Shown here: positions 1-9,651 of the stretch, piece after piece
Layout of the letters: every line of letters begins with the position of its first letter
Position numbering within the stretch: position 1 is the first letter of the stretch
Position numbers and translations under genes: made by a program
The notes under the pieces: generated by a model
Told to the model about the DNA's origin: nothing
Database searches by the model: none
Seen by the model: only the letters and a program-made list of their open reading frames with translations
Source: Verrucomicrobiota bacterium
GTDB lineage: Bacteria; Verrucomicrobiota; Verrucomicrobiia; Opitutales; Opitutaceae
NCBI GenBank assembly: GCA_016235555.1
Contig: JACRKC010000004.1
Span: forward strand, 83,978 to 147,977
DNA length: 64,000 bases
Direction: 5' to 3'

Positions 1-421
1 GGCCCTGCGTGGGGTGCTCGTGCGCGCCGTCGCCGGCGTTGATCACGGGGATGTCGAGCACGCGGCTGAGATAGAGGGGCGAGCCGGAGCAGGCGTGGCG
101 GAGCACGATCATGTCGGCGTGGAGCGCCTGGATGTTCTGCGCGGTGTCGCGGAGCGTCTCGCCCTTGGTGGTGCTGGAGCTGGCGGCGTCGAAGGAGATG
201 ACCTCGGCGCTGAGGAGCTTGGCGGCCATGTCGAACGAGATGCGGGTGCGCGTGCTCGGTTCGAGGAAGAGGTTGACGACGGTCTTGCCGCGGAGGGCGG
301 GGACGCGTTTCACGCGACGGCCGAGGACTTTCTTGAACGAGGCGGCGGCGGCGTGGATGAGCTCGATCTCGGAGAGCGAGAGATCTTCGAGGGTGAGCAG
401 GTGTTTGCGGTGCCAGGGCAT
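1..421 (-). CDS. pyrB: aspartate carbamoyltransferase catalytic chain, N-terminal ~140 aa (remainder lies beyond the window start)
   Basis: Absent from the ORF track because it is truncated. My reverse translation from the ATG (plus coords 421-419) gives MPWHRKHLLTLEDLSLSEIELIH...NLFLEPSTRTRISFDMAAKLL...INAGDGAHEHPTQG. It carries the ATCase S-T-R-T-R and H-P-T-Q motifs. It lies 36 bp downstream of pyrR, the classic pyrR-pyrB order. Confidence 0.85.
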   Translation of the reverse strand, partial: MPWHRKHLLTLEDLSLSEIELIHAAAASFKKVLGRRVKRVPALRGKTVVNLFLEPSTRTRISFDMAAKLLSAEVISFDAASSSTTKGETLRDTAQNIQALHADMIVLRHACSGSPLYLSRVLDIPVINAGDGAHEHPTQG

Positions 422-457
422 CGGAGGAGACGGGTGGCGAGTGCGAGTGACGAGTGG

Positions 458-1000
458 CTAGATGGCCGATTTGAGTTTCGCCGCGGCGGGGGCGACGCGG
501 ACGAGGTCGCGGCGCGGATCGGTGGGGTCGAGGGTGACGAAGATTTTTTCGGTCTCGGCGGTCGCGAGCGCGCAGCCGCAGTAATCCGGGGCGAAGGGCA
601 GGCGCCGGCCGCCGCGGTCGACGAGGACGGCGAGCTCGACCTTGGTGGGGCGGCCGTTATCGAAGAGCTCGTCGAGGGCGGCTTTCACCGTGCGGCCGGA
701 AAACAGCACGTCGTCCACAATGATCACCGTGGCGCCGTGGACATCGATCGGGATGTGGGTGGGGGCGAATTCCTTCGGGATGGGCTGGCGGCCGAAATCG
801 TCACGGTGGAAGGAAATGTCGAGCGTGCCGGCCAGGCAGCCGAGGCGGCGGGCGAGGCGGCAGGTGAGCTCGATGCCGCCGTTGGCGACACCGAGGAGCA
901 GGAGTTTCTTCGGGTCGGGATGCCGGGCGGAAATGGCGTCCCCGAGCCGCGTGATCGCGGCATGAACCTCTCCCGCGCCGATGGTCTTGGATGTGCCCAC
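458..1000 (-). CDS. pyrR: bifunctional pyrimidine operon regulator / uracil phosphoribosyltransferase PyrR
   Basis: 180-aa ORF with the PRPP-binding signature TVIIVDDVLFSGRTVKAALDEL and typical PyrR size. It is followed by pyrB. Confidence 0.9.
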   Translation of the reverse strand: MGTSKTIGAGEVHAAITRLGDAISARHPDPKKLLLLGVANGGIELTCRLARRLGCLAGTLDISFHRDDFGRQPIPKEFAPTHIPIDVHGATVIIVDDVLFSGRTVKAALDELFDNGRPTKVELAVLVDRGGRRLPFAPDYCGCALATAETEKIFVTLDPTDPRRDLVRVAPAAAKLKSAI

Positions 1001-1092
1001 GTCGCCGGATTGAGCCGCGGAGCGGGCGGGGAGGGAAGATTATTTTGAGTTTCGGCTTGCTGTCCTAACTGTCCTAGTGCAACTAGAACAGT

Positions 1093-1476
1093 GTGCTCCC
1101 GTTCTCCATCGAACTCAGACCCGGCCTGCCCGTGGCGGAGCAGATCCTGTTTGCGGTGAAGAAGGCGGTGGTGGCGGGGCAGCTCCGGCCGGGCGACAAG
1201 TTCCCGTCGGTGCGGGTGCTGAGCCAGGAGCTGAAGGTCAATCCGAACACGGCGCACAAGGTCGTGGCCGCGCTGGTGGCCGAGGGCGTGCTGGTGACGA
1301 CGCCGGCGATCGGGAGCGTGGTGGCGGAGCGCGAGGCGGGCGGGCGCGCGGAGAAGGCGGAGCTGCTCGGCGCCGAGCTGGAGCGCGTGGTGGTCGAGGC
1401 GAAGAAGCTCGGGCTCACGCTGGCCGAGGTGCAGGCGGGGCTGGGGGCGCACTGGAAGAAACTCGGCGGGAAATAG
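1093..1476 (+). CDS. GntR-family transcriptional regulator (short YtrA-like type)
   Basis: 127 aa. The N-terminal winged-HTH pattern is QILFAVKKAVVAGQLRPGDKFPSVRVLSQELKVNPNTAHKVVAALVAEGVL. The short C-terminus and the ABC ATPase immediately downstream fit YtrA-type operons. Confidence 0.8.
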   Translation: MLPFSIELRPGLPVAEQILFAVKKAVVAGQLRPGDKFPSVRVLSQELKVNPNTAHKVVAALVAEGVLVTTPAIGSVVAEREAGGRAEKAELLGAELERVVVEAKKLGLTLAEVQAGLGAHWKKLGGK

Positions 1477-1490
1477 GCGGTGAATTTTTT

Positions 1491-1590
1491 CAACACAGAG
1501 GTCGCAGAGAACTCAGAGGTGAAACCACTGATGGCGCTGATGGGCACTGATTCAATCAGTGAAAATGAGTGAAGATCAGTGGTTCGAACC
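1491..1590. repeat. composite palindromic intergenic repeat (word-palindrome family, copy 1)
   Basis: cacagaggtcgcagagaactcagaggtgaaaccactgatggcgctgatgggcactgattcaatcagtg...gatcagtggttc. The arms ccactgat.../...atcagtgg are inverted. The same modules recur in reverse orientation at 56555-56662 and partly at 57744-57775. Confidence 0.7.
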
Positions 1591-1599
1591 GAATTTCCC

Positions 1600-2538
1600 A
1601 TGAACATCATCGAAACCCAGAATCTCACCCGGCGCTACGGACGGACGGAGGCGGTGCATGAGCTCAACCTCGCGGTGCCGGCGGGCAGCGTGTGCGCGTT
1701 GCTCGGGGCCAACGGCGCGGGCAAGACCACCACGCTGAAGGTGCTCATGAATCTCCTCGCGCCGACAGCGGGCGCGGCGACGGTGCTCGGGGTGGATTCG
1801 CGCAAACTCGGCGAGCGCGAGCGGGCGCAGATCGGCTACGTGTCGGAGAACCAGCAGATGCCGCTGTGGATGACCGTGCGGCAGCTGCTCGACTATTGCC
1901 GGCCGTTCTACCCGACGTGGGATGCGGCGCTGGAAAAGACGCTGCTCGACCGGTTCGCGCTGCCGGCGGAGCGCAAGCTCGGGCAACTCTCGCGCGGCAT
2001 GTTGATGAAGGCGGCGCTGCTGTCGTCGCTCGCCTACCGGCCGAAGCTGCTGGTGCTCGACGAGCCGTTCAGCGGACTCGATCCGCTCGTGCGCGACGAG
2101 TTCATCAAGGGCGTGCTGGAGGTGTCGGAGGCGGGCGAGTGGACGGTGCTGGTGTCGTCGCACGACATCGAGGAGGTCGAGCGGCTCGCGGATCGGGTGG
2201 CGTTGCTCGAGGCGGGACGGCTGAAGTTCAACGAAACGACGGAGGCGCTCCAGGGGCGGTTCCGGCGGATCGAGGTGACGCTGGGCGAGAGCGAGGCAAA
2301 ACTGGCGGCGCCGCCGGCGGGCTGGCTGGAGGTCGAGCGGGCCGGGCGGGTGGTGCGGTTTGTGGACAGCGGTTACGAGCGCACCGCGACGGAGCAGGCG
2401 TGCCGGGAGCGGTTTGCGGATGCGGCGGTGACGGCGCAGCCGATGTCGCTGCGGGATATTTTCATCAGCCTCGCGCGGGCGGGGCGCCGATTCGACAAGC
2501 TCACGGCAGAGGCGACGGCCAAGGAGACGGTCTCGTGA
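1600..2538 (+). CDS. ABC transporter ATP-binding protein
   Basis: Walker A GANGAGKTTT, ABC signature LSRGMLMK, Walker B LLVLDEPFSGLD. I prefer the internal start MNIIETQNL (1600) over the track start 1579. The stop overlaps the next gene start (GTGA). Confidence 0.9.
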   Translation: MNIIETQNLTRRYGRTEAVHELNLAVPAGSVCALLGANGAGKTTTLKVLMNLLAPTAGAATVLGVDSRKLGERERAQIGYVSENQQMPLWMTVRQLLDYCRPFYPTWDAALEKTLLDRFALPAERKLGQLSRGMLMKAALLSSLAYRPKLLVLDEPFSGLDPLVRDEFIKGVLEVSEAGEWTVLVSSHDIEEVERLADRVALLEAGRLKFNETTEALQGRFRRIEVTLGESEAKLAAPPAGWLEVERAGRVVRFVDSGYERTATEQACRERFADAAVTAQPMSLRDIFISLARAGRRFDKLTAEATAKETVS

Positions 2539-4166
2539 GTCTTACCTGGCACATCGTCCGAAAGGATCTGCGGCGGATGGCGCTGCCGGTGGCGGCGTGG
2601 CTGGTGTTTGTCGTGGGGGCGGCGGCGTGGTTTGGCGCGATGCACATGAGCGAGGAGTCGGTGCGCGCGCAGGAGTTTTACCGGTGGATCAACGGCGTGG
2701 GCGGCTTCACCTGGTGGGTCACGGCGATGCAGGCCGTGACGGGCGTGTTGCTCGCGGCGCATCTGATCCTGGAGGATCGGGTGACGGGGACGACGGCGCA
2801 CTGGCTCACGCGGCCGATCTCCGGCGGGCGGATGCTGGCGGCGAAGGTGGTCAGCGGGGGCCTGTTGTTCGTGCTGGCGCCGGCGGTCCTGATGGTGCCG
2901 GTGTGGGCGGCGCACGGGTTCTCGCCAGGCGAAGTGGCGCGGGCGGCGGGCGAGTTCATGGCGTGGCAGACGGGGTTGACGGGGCTGGCGTTCGGGTTCG
3001 CCGCGCTCTCGAAAAGTCTCGCCCAGTTTTTTTTCGCGGGGTTGGGGACGGTGGTCGCGGTGCCGGTGGCGGCGATGGTGTTGCAATTGATGCAGAACAA
3101 GCGGCTGCTTGAAAATGCGGAGGCCGCGCGGACGTGGTGGTGGCTGCTGGCGGTGCTGGTGGTGGCGTTCATGATCCGCGTCCTGCTGCACCAGTATTTC
3201 ACCCGCCAGACGACGCGGGGATGGTGGACGTTGGCGGCGGGCGGCGTGGGGTTGATCGCCCTGCGGGCGATCGCGCCCGACGCGATGATGCAATGGGCTC
3301 CGCCGCCGCGGGCGAAGACACGCGTGAGCGAGCTGCCGGGGGAACGTTTCGCGGGAGAAGTGGCGGTGAAAAAGATCGTCACGCCCTTCAATCGCGACCT
3401 CCCGCTGGCGGTGTTTCTGACCGTGGGCGGCGCGGCGACCGGCGGCGATTTTCTGGCACCGGAGAATTCGCTCGGCGTGAACGTGGAGCTGCCGGACCGG
3501 CGGCGAGCGGGATTGGCGATGTCGCCCGGCGGACTGTGGGGCGAAGAGGCGGCGAAGCGCATCGGCGGTCTGACGCGTGACGACGGGCCGGTCGAATGGG
3601 ACATGGCCGCGCGGCTGGGCGCCGTGATCGATTTGCCGTCGGTGGGCAGCACCGCGTCGGTCACGGGGAACATGACGCTGGCGCGGATGCGGGGGCGGAT
3701 GCTGGCCGAGGTGCCGTTGCGGGCGGGGGCGTCCGGGCGGAGCGGGAGCAGCGAATTGCGGGTGGTCGGACTCGGCGGGGCGGCGGAGCGTGCGGAAATC
3801 TCGGTGATCCTGGAAGAGCGCGACTCGCTGTTCGTGCGGGATGTGGGGCTGACGGCCGGGCGGGGCGAGCGGGCGATGGATCAGTCGCGGCGGGACGTTT
3901 ACCTGCTCGTGAATCGGGCGGGCGGGATCTGCAAGTGCCTGCATATCGTCGAACTCGGTTCAGCCAACATGGGGGCGATGTTGGTGAGTGCGCGGCGGCT
4001 GGAGTCCACGGTGCCGACGCAGGGCGAGGGGCGCGGGCGGGTGGAGCTGCCGGGCTGGCGTGAGGGCGCGGTGTTGATGAAGGTGCGATTCGAACTGGTG
4101 GGCCGGGTGGTCCGTAGCGTGACCTCGGCGAACGTGGCGCTGGTCGCCGAGGAGGAGAAAAAATGA
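2535..4166 (+). CDS. ABC-2-type permease-like membrane protein with a large C-terminal non-membrane domain
   Basis: This is the 3' part of track ORF 1692..4166. A GTG start overlaps the ATPase stop. The N-terminus VSLTWHIVRKDLRRMALPVAAWLVF plus several hydrophobic segments and the WLTRPISGGRMLAAKV motif are paralogous to the next gene. About 250 aa at the C-terminus have no recognisable family. Confidence 0.6.
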   Translation: MSLTWHIVRKDLRRMALPVAAWLVFVVGAAAWFGAMHMSEESVRAQEFYRWINGVGGFTWWVTAMQAVTGVLLAAHLILEDRVTGTTAHWLTRPISGGRMLAAKVVSGGLLFVLAPAVLMVPVWAAHGFSPGEVARAAGEFMAWQTGLTGLAFGFAALSKSLAQFFFAGLGTVVAVPVAAMVLQLMQNKRLLENAEAARTWWWLLAVLVVAFMIRVLLHQYFTRQTTRGWWTLAAGGVGLIALRAIAPDAMMQWAPPPRAKTRVSELPGERFAGEVAVKKIVTPFNRDLPLAVFLTVGGAATGGDFLAPENSLGVNVELPDRRRAGLAMSPGGLWGEEAAKRIGGLTRDDGPVEWDMAARLGAVIDLPSVGSTASVTGNMTLARMRGRMLAEVPLRAGASGRSGSSELRVVGLGGAAERAEISVILEERDSLFVRDVGLTAGRGERAMDQSRRDVYLLVNRAGGICKCLHIVELGSANMGAMLVSARRLESTVPTQGEGRGRVELPGWREGAVLMKVRFELVGRVVRSVTSANVALVAEEEKK

Positions 4167-5905
4167 AACTCGTGCTGCATATCGTCCGCAAAGATCTGCG
4201 AAAACTGCGCTGGCCGCTGGCGGGATGGCTGCTGACGGTCGCGCTCAACCTCGCGCTGGCGTTTGCGTTGGTGGGCGGGGTGGAGTTCGGGGCGGGCGCG
4301 GAACTGGAGCGATTGAGCGTCGGGCTCCGCCTCGCCGGTTATGCGCTGACGTTCGTGATCGCGGCGATGCTGGTGCAGGAGGACGCGCTGGTGGGCTCGA
4401 ACCAGTTCTGGCCGACGCGGCCGATTTCAGCCGGGCGGCTGCTCGCCGCGAAGCTGGCGGGGTGGCTGCTGCTGCTGGTGCTGCCCCAGCTTGGGTTGAC
4501 TCTGCCGTGGTGGATCACCTGCACGTTCGGGGCGCGGGACATGACACTGGCGGCGCTGGAGATCGTCGTGATCCAAGCCGCGGTGGCGTTGCCGGCGGCG
4601 CTGGTGGCGTCACTGACGGACACGTTGAGCCGGTTTCTGGTGTGGGCGTTCGTGTTCGTTTTCTCGGTGATCATCATTCCGGGGACGCTGTCCTACTGGC
4701 TGCCGAACAAATTCACGGAGCGTGATTTTCCGCTGCAGACGCTGGCCGGCTGGGCGGCGTTTGCGGTGGTGGTGGCGGTGGTGATCGTGGGGCAGTTTCT
4801 GCAGCGGGACACCCGGCGGGCGCTGGTGCGGCTCGGCGTGGGTGCGGTGCTGGCGCCGGTGGTGGCGGTGGTCGCGGGGTTGCTGCTGACGCCGTGGCTG
4901 GCGTCGCGGGGGGCGTGGCGGGAATGGCAGCCGGAGCGCACCGCCGGCGTGACGGTGGCGCCGCTCGGTTGGCGCACGTCGGGCGCAGGACGGCCGCCCG
5001 GAAACGAAGTTTACCTGAACACATTTCTGGCCGTGCGCGGGCTGCCGCCGGATTGGTTGCTGGCCGGGCGTTCGGGCCTTGAAACCAGCCAATCGTGGAG
5101 TTGGGTGGGAGGCCCGGTGGTGACGCGCGAGTCGATGTGGATCAACCCGTGGGTCAACGCGCAGCCGGTGTTCCGGGCCTTGCTTCGCGTAAATCCGGAA
5201 AAGCGTGACGAGGAGACGGAGCGGTATCTGGCCAGACAGAATGAGGAGCGGCGGGCGAAGAATCCGAACTACGATGCGGGCTGGCGGGCGATGCACAAAC
5301 TGCGCGAGGGCGAGCCGGCGGGCGTCGAAGTGACGACGCTGGTGATGCCGTCGACGGTGGCACGGATGCGCCAGGCGGCGCCGGCCTACGCGGCGACGGT
5401 GCGGCTGGAGGCGCGGCGACCGGAAGTGTGGGCCGAGGCGCCGTTGCTGGCGACCGGATGGATGGCGCGGCACGGGCATGGGTGGCGCGTGGTGCGCACG
5501 GAATTTGGTCCGCCGCGAATCGTCCAGCCGACGGGCGGCGAGGTGGCGCCCCATGAGCTTCGGCTGCACTTGGTGGGCACCGCGCCGCTGGGCTTGATGA
5601 ACCTGCTGCCCGGGCGGCGGGACTATTGGGACAACTGGCGCAGCCCGAGCCTGGTGTCATTTAACCGGGAAGGCGGCGATTTGCGATGGGGCTCACAATC
5701 GGGCGGCACGGCGATCACGGTCGGGTCGGTGCAGGTCCGCCCGTCGGTCCTGACACTTTTGGCGCCGGTGGTGAGACGGGGCGACAAGGGTGTGGTGCGC
5801 GATCCAAAGTGGTTCGAAGGGGCGCGGCTGGCTTTAGTGGGCTATCGCGAAGAGGCGCGATTTGCGCGGGAGGTGCGGGCGGAGCGGTTTCAGGAAAGGC
5901 GGTGA
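4163..5905 (+). CDS. paralogous ABC-2-type permease-like membrane protein with a large C-terminal domain
   Basis: 580 aa. MKLVLHIVRKDLRKLRWPLAGWLLTV and WPTRPISAGRLLAAKL mirror the upstream gene. An ATGA start/stop overlap indicates translational coupling. Confidence 0.65.
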   Translation: MKLVLHIVRKDLRKLRWPLAGWLLTVALNLALAFALVGGVEFGAGAELERLSVGLRLAGYALTFVIAAMLVQEDALVGSNQFWPTRPISAGRLLAAKLAGWLLLLVLPQLGLTLPWWITCTFGARDMTLAALEIVVIQAAVALPAALVASLTDTLSRFLVWAFVFVFSVIIIPGTLSYWLPNKFTERDFPLQTLAGWAAFAVVVAVVIVGQFLQRDTRRALVRLGVGAVLAPVVAVVAGLLLTPWLASRGAWREWQPERTAGVTVAPLGWRTSGAGRPPGNEVYLNTFLAVRGLPPDWLLAGRSGLETSQSWSWVGGPVVTRESMWINPWVNAQPVFRALLRVNPEKRDEETERYLARQNEERRAKNPNYDAGWRAMHKLREGEPAGVEVTTLVMPSTVARMRQAAPAYAATVRLEARRPEVWAEAPLLATGWMARHGHGWRVVRTEFGPPRIVQPTGGEVAPHELRLHLVGTAPLGLMNLLPGRRDYWDNWRSPSLVSFNREGGDLRWGSQSGGTAITVGSVQVRPSVLTLLAPVVRRGDKGVVRDPKWFEGARLALVGYREEARFAREVRAERFQERR

Positions 5906-6088
5906 GGTCGGGGACATGGCGTCGGTGGCGCGGTGGGTTCTGATCCGTCCTGGATGCGGACACGCACCGCGCGAAAGGGCGGGTCGGAGACGCCGCCCTA
6001 CCCCGGGCAACGCGGGCGCGGGTGCCGGCAGGTTGAAACCCGTAACCGCGGGGTGACTTCCAGGGTAGCAGCAGCGTCTATTCTCACC

Positions 6089-6910
6089 ATGAACAAACTT
6101 CTGGCCGGATTCGTCGGTTTTGGCGCGGTGCTCCTCGCGGGGGCGCTCTATTTGCAGCAGGCGGCGATGTCCGAGTTGCGCAGCGAGGTCACCGCGTTGC
6201 GCGGCGATGTGCAGGAGGCGGCCAAGGCGGCGAAAGACGCGGCTCGCGCGTCGCGGCCCCAGGAGAACGTCGCAGGGGCGGTCGTCACGCGGGAGAACGA
6301 GGGCAACGACGAGGCGAAGGCGGAGCTGGCGCGGTTGCGTGAGGAAATCCGCGGGCTGCGGACGAGCACGCAGGAGCTGACGCAGATCGCGAAGACGGCC
6401 GCGGCCAAGTCGGGGACCAATCTCACGCCGCCCGGCAAGAACCTGCTCGCGGAGATGTCGGCGGCGCCGGACAACATCACGCCGGTGGGGTCGATGAAGA
6501 ACGCCGGTTTCGGGTCGCCGGCGCAGGCGGTGGAGACGGTGCTGTGGGCGGCGACGGGCGGCGAGGTGGATGCGCTGGCGAACGGGTTGTTCATCGAGCC
6601 GAAAGCGAAGCAGAAGGCGGCGGACTGGTTTGCGTCGCTGCCGGAGGCGACGCGCGCGCAATACGGCAGCCCGGAAAAAGTGATCGCGTTGATGATCGCG
6701 AAGGATGCCGCGGCTTTGCAGGGCATGCAGGTGCTCGGGCAGCAGGAAGTGGCGCCGAATCTCATGGCCGTGCGTGTGCGGATGCAGGCGGACACGGGTG
6801 GGACGAAGGATGAGACGCTGGCGTTTGCCCGGGCGCCCGAAGGCTGGAAAATGGTGCTGCCGGAAAACGTGGTGCAGAAATTCGCGGCGCGGGTGAGCGG
6901 CGGAAAATAG
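6089..6910 (+). CDS. hypothetical signal-anchored protein with a coiled-coil segment
   Basis: Internal start MNKLLAGFVGFGAVLLAGALYL (hydrophobic anchor), followed by the charged heptad-like stretch SELRSEVTALRGDVQEAAKAAK...AELARLREEIRGLR. No family recognised. Confidence 0.55.
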   Translation: MNKLLAGFVGFGAVLLAGALYLQQAAMSELRSEVTALRGDVQEAAKAAKDAARASRPQENVAGAVVTRENEGNDEAKAELARLREEIRGLRTSTQELTQIAKTAAAKSGTNLTPPGKNLLAEMSAAPDNITPVGSMKNAGFGSPAQAVETVLWAATGGEVDALANGLFIEPKAKQKAADWFASLPEATRAQYGSPEKVIALMIAKDAAALQGMQVLGQQEVAPNLMAVRVRMQADTGGTKDETLAFARAPEGWKMVLPENVVQKFAARVSGGK

Positions 6911-7055
6911 GCGGCACGGACGCGGGCGGCCGCGACGCAACTGGGGGCGGTCAAAATGCCACGGGGGCGTTGGTGTCGCGGGTATGACACGCAACGGTTG
7001 CGCGATGCGGCGTGACACCTTGGACGGCGCGGCGCGTCTTGCCCGTTCCGTTCCC

Positions 7056-9641
7056 ATGTTGTCCCGCCGTTTCCGCCTCGTCCTTGCCTTGTGGTTGCCC
7101 GCCGTCGCGGCCCTCGCCCAGCGCGGCGATCGCGCCGGCGAAGTGCAGGCCCCGCCGCCTGCGCACATCAAGATCCCGCCCGCCCCCGTGCTCACGCCGG
7201 CCGAGGCATTGAAGCGCTTCACGCTCGCGCCCGGCTTCCGCATCGAGGCGGTCGCCACCGATCCGCTCATCGGCGATCCGATCGCGGTCCAGTTCGGACC
7301 CGACGGCCGGCTCTGGGTGCTCGAGATGCGCGGCTTCATGCCCGATGCCGACGGCAACAACGAACGCGAGCCCGTGTGCGACGTCGCCGTGCTCACCGAC
7401 ACCGATGGCGACGGCCGCTACGACCGGCGCACCGTCTTCGCCGACAAACTCGTCCTCCCGCGCGCCATCGCGCTCGTGGGCGACGGCCTGCTGATCGCCG
7501 AGCCGCCGAAGCTCTGGTTCGCGCGCGACACGAATGGCGACGGCGTGGCCGACGAGAAGACCGAGGTCGCATCCGACTACGGCGGCATCAACAACCCCGA
7601 GCACACCGCCAACGGCCTCATGTGGGCGATGGACAACTGGATTTACTCCGCCAACCACACCGTGCGCTTCCGCTACGAGGGCGGCGGAAAATTCGCCCGC
7701 GACAACACCGTCACGCGCGGCCAGTGGGGCCTCACGCAGGACGACACCGGCCGCCTCTACTACAACAGCAACAGCGACCCGCTGCGCCTCGACGCGATCC
7801 CGTCGGCCTACCTGAAGCGCAACCCCGCGTTCGCCGCCGCCGGCGCCAACGTCCAGCTCGCGCCCGCCAACCTCCGCGTCTGGCCCGGCCGCGTCACGCC
7901 CGGCATCAACCGCGGCTACAACACGCTCGACGCCGACGGCAAGCTGACCGCCGTCACCGCCGCGTGCGGCCCCGTGATCTACCGCGGCGCGCTGTTCCCC
8001 GCGGAGTTCCGCGGCGATGCGTTCATCTGCGAGCCCTCGGGCAATCTCATCAAGCGCATCAAGCTCGCGGAAAAAGACGGCGCGGTCACCGGCGCCAACG
8101 CCTACGAAGGCACCGAGTTTCTCACGTCGACCGACGAGCGCTTCCGTCCCGTCAACCTCTTCAACGGCCCCGACGGCGCGCTCTACGTCGTCGATCTCTA
8201 CCGCGGCATTTTGCAGCACCGCATCTACGTGACGAGTTACCTGCGCAAACAAATCGACGAGCGCGGGCTCGCCGAGGGCCGCGGCCTCGGCCGCATCTGG
8301 CGCATCGTGCCCGACGGCGCGCCGCGCGCGAATTTCCAGAACGTCGCACCCGCCCGCGCCACGACCGCCGGGCTCGTGGCCCAGCTCGCCGACGCCAACG
8401 GCTGGGTGCGCGACACCGCGCAGCGCCTGCTCGTCGAGCGCCGCGATCCCGCCGCCGCTCGCACGCTCACCGCGACCGCGGTCGATCCGCAACGGCCCGC
8501 GCTCGCGCGGCTGCACGCGCTCTGGACGCTCGACGGCCTCGGCGCGCTTGAGCGCTCGACGGTGTTGATCGCGCTCGCCGACGCCGATGCGCGCGTGGGC
8601 GCGGCGGCGATCCGGCTGGCGGAAAAGTTTTTCGCCGCGCCCGCCGTGGCGCCCGGCGACGACCTCGCGACCCGCGTCGCCGCCAAAATCACCGCCGATC
8701 CGCGGATGCGTCTCCAACTTGCGCTCACGCTCGGTGCCGCGCGCACGCCGTCGGCCGAGGCCGCGATGCTCGCGCTCGTGGTCGAGGCCGGCCGCCAGCC
8801 GTTTCTGGCGGATGCGATCGTGAGCGGGTTGGCGGGCCGCGAAGTGGAGTTCGTCGCCGCACTCCTCAAAGACCCGCAAGCCGCGGCCAACGGCGTGGAC
8901 GCGATCCGCTTCGCCACCGCTGCCGTGCTCAAGGCCGGCAAACCCGCCGCGATCGAGCGCGTGCTCTCGCTGCTGACGCTTGAGACGACACCCGCGTGGG
9001 GTCGTCAGGCGTTGCTCGCCGGCGTGCGCCAGTTTCTGCCGCGCATGGAAGGCCGCTTCGGGCGAGGCGGTCGCGGCGGCGAGGCGCGCACGCTCATGGT
9101 CGGCCTGCCGGCGGAGCCGAAGCCGCTCGTCGCCCTCGCTGCGCGCAAGGATTGGCCCGAGGCCGCGACGGCCGCCGAGTTGCTCAAGTCGATCAAATGG
9201 CCCGGCAAGCCCGGCGCCGACGCGGCGGTGCGCCCGCTCACGGCGGCCGAGCAGGCGCTGTTCGAGAAAGGCAAGACGCAGTTCGCCACGCTCTGCGCCG
9301 CGTGTCACCAGCCCAACGGCCAGGGCCTCGCCGGCCTCGCGCCGTCGCTGGTCTACTCGCGCTGGGTGCTCGGCGATCCGCGCGTGCTTTCGCGCATCGT
9401 GCTCAACGGAAAAGTGCAGGAAAACCTGACCATGCCGCCGTGGAAGGCCGCGCTCGACGACGAGGCGATCGCCGGCGTGCTCACTTTTGTCCGCCGCTCG
9501 TGGGGCCATGATGCCGACCCGGTGCCCGTCGCGCTCATCGCCGCCGCCCGTGCCGACGTGGGCACGCGCGAAACCCCGTGGACCGACGCCGATCTCGAAG
9601 AACTGGTGCAGTCGCTCCCGCGCGTGCGCCCGCCGCGGTGA
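7056..9641 (+). CDS. PVC-type heme-binding protein (membrane-bound dehydrogenase-like domain + HEAT repeats + C-terminal cytochrome c CxxCH)
   Basis: Signal peptide MLSRRFRLVLALWLPAVAALAQ. N-terminal FTLAPGFRIEAVATDPLIGDPIAVQFGPDGRLWVLEM is typical of the putative membrane-bound dehydrogenase domain. The central NGWVRDTAQRLL region is HEAT-like. C-terminal CAACHQPNGQG heme c site. Confidence 0.8.
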   Translation: MLSRRFRLVLALWLPAVAALAQRGDRAGEVQAPPPAHIKIPPAPVLTPAEALKRFTLAPGFRIEAVATDPLIGDPIAVQFGPDGRLWVLEMRGFMPDADGNNEREPVCDVAVLTDTDGDGRYDRRTVFADKLVLPRAIALVGDGLLIAEPPKLWFARDTNGDGVADEKTEVASDYGGINNPEHTANGLMWAMDNWIYSANHTVRFRYEGGGKFARDNTVTRGQWGLTQDDTGRLYYNSNSDPLRLDAIPSAYLKRNPAFAAAGANVQLAPANLRVWPGRVTPGINRGYNTLDADGKLTAVTAACGPVIYRGALFPAEFRGDAFICEPSGNLIKRIKLAEKDGAVTGANAYEGTEFLTSTDERFRPVNLFNGPDGALYVVDLYRGILQHRIYVTSYLRKQIDERGLAEGRGLGRIWRIVPDGAPRANFQNVAPARATTAGLVAQLADANGWVRDTAQRLLVERRDPAAARTLTATAVDPQRPALARLHALWTLDGLGALERSTVLIALADADARVGAAAIRLAEKFFAAPAVAPGDDLATRVAAKITADPRMRLQLALTLGAARTPSAEAAMLALVVEAGRQPFLADAIVSGLAGREVEFVAALLKDPQAAANGVDAIRFATAAVLKAGKPAAIERVLSLLTLETTPAWGRQALLAGVRQFLPRMEGRFGRGGRGGEARTLMVGLPAEPKPLVALAARKDWPEAATAAELLKSIKWPGKPGADAAVRPLTAAEQALFEKGKTQFATLCAACHQPNGQGLAGLAPSLVYSRWVLGDPRVLSRIVLNGKVQENLTMPPWKAALDDEAIAGVLTFVRRSWGHDADPVPVALIAAARADVGTRETPWTDADLEELVQSLPRVRPPR

Positions 9642-9651
9642 GTTTCGGCAA

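Noticed and set aside
14-1048. 344-aa plus-strand ORF at the window start
   Set aside because: It is antisense to pyrB and pyrR, both of which carry diagnostic motifs.
1575-1592. T-loop-like string agtggttcgaaccg suggesting a tRNA
   Set aside because: No acceptor, D or anticodon arms can be drawn around it. It is the right arm of the word-palindrome 1491-1590. No tRNA was found anywhere in the window by eye.
1692-2534. 5' part of track ORF 1692..4166 (R/G/A-rich) overlapping the ABC ATPase
   Set aside because: It is out of frame with the well-supported ATPase. The real permease-like gene starts at the GTG at 2535, which overlaps the ATPase stop.
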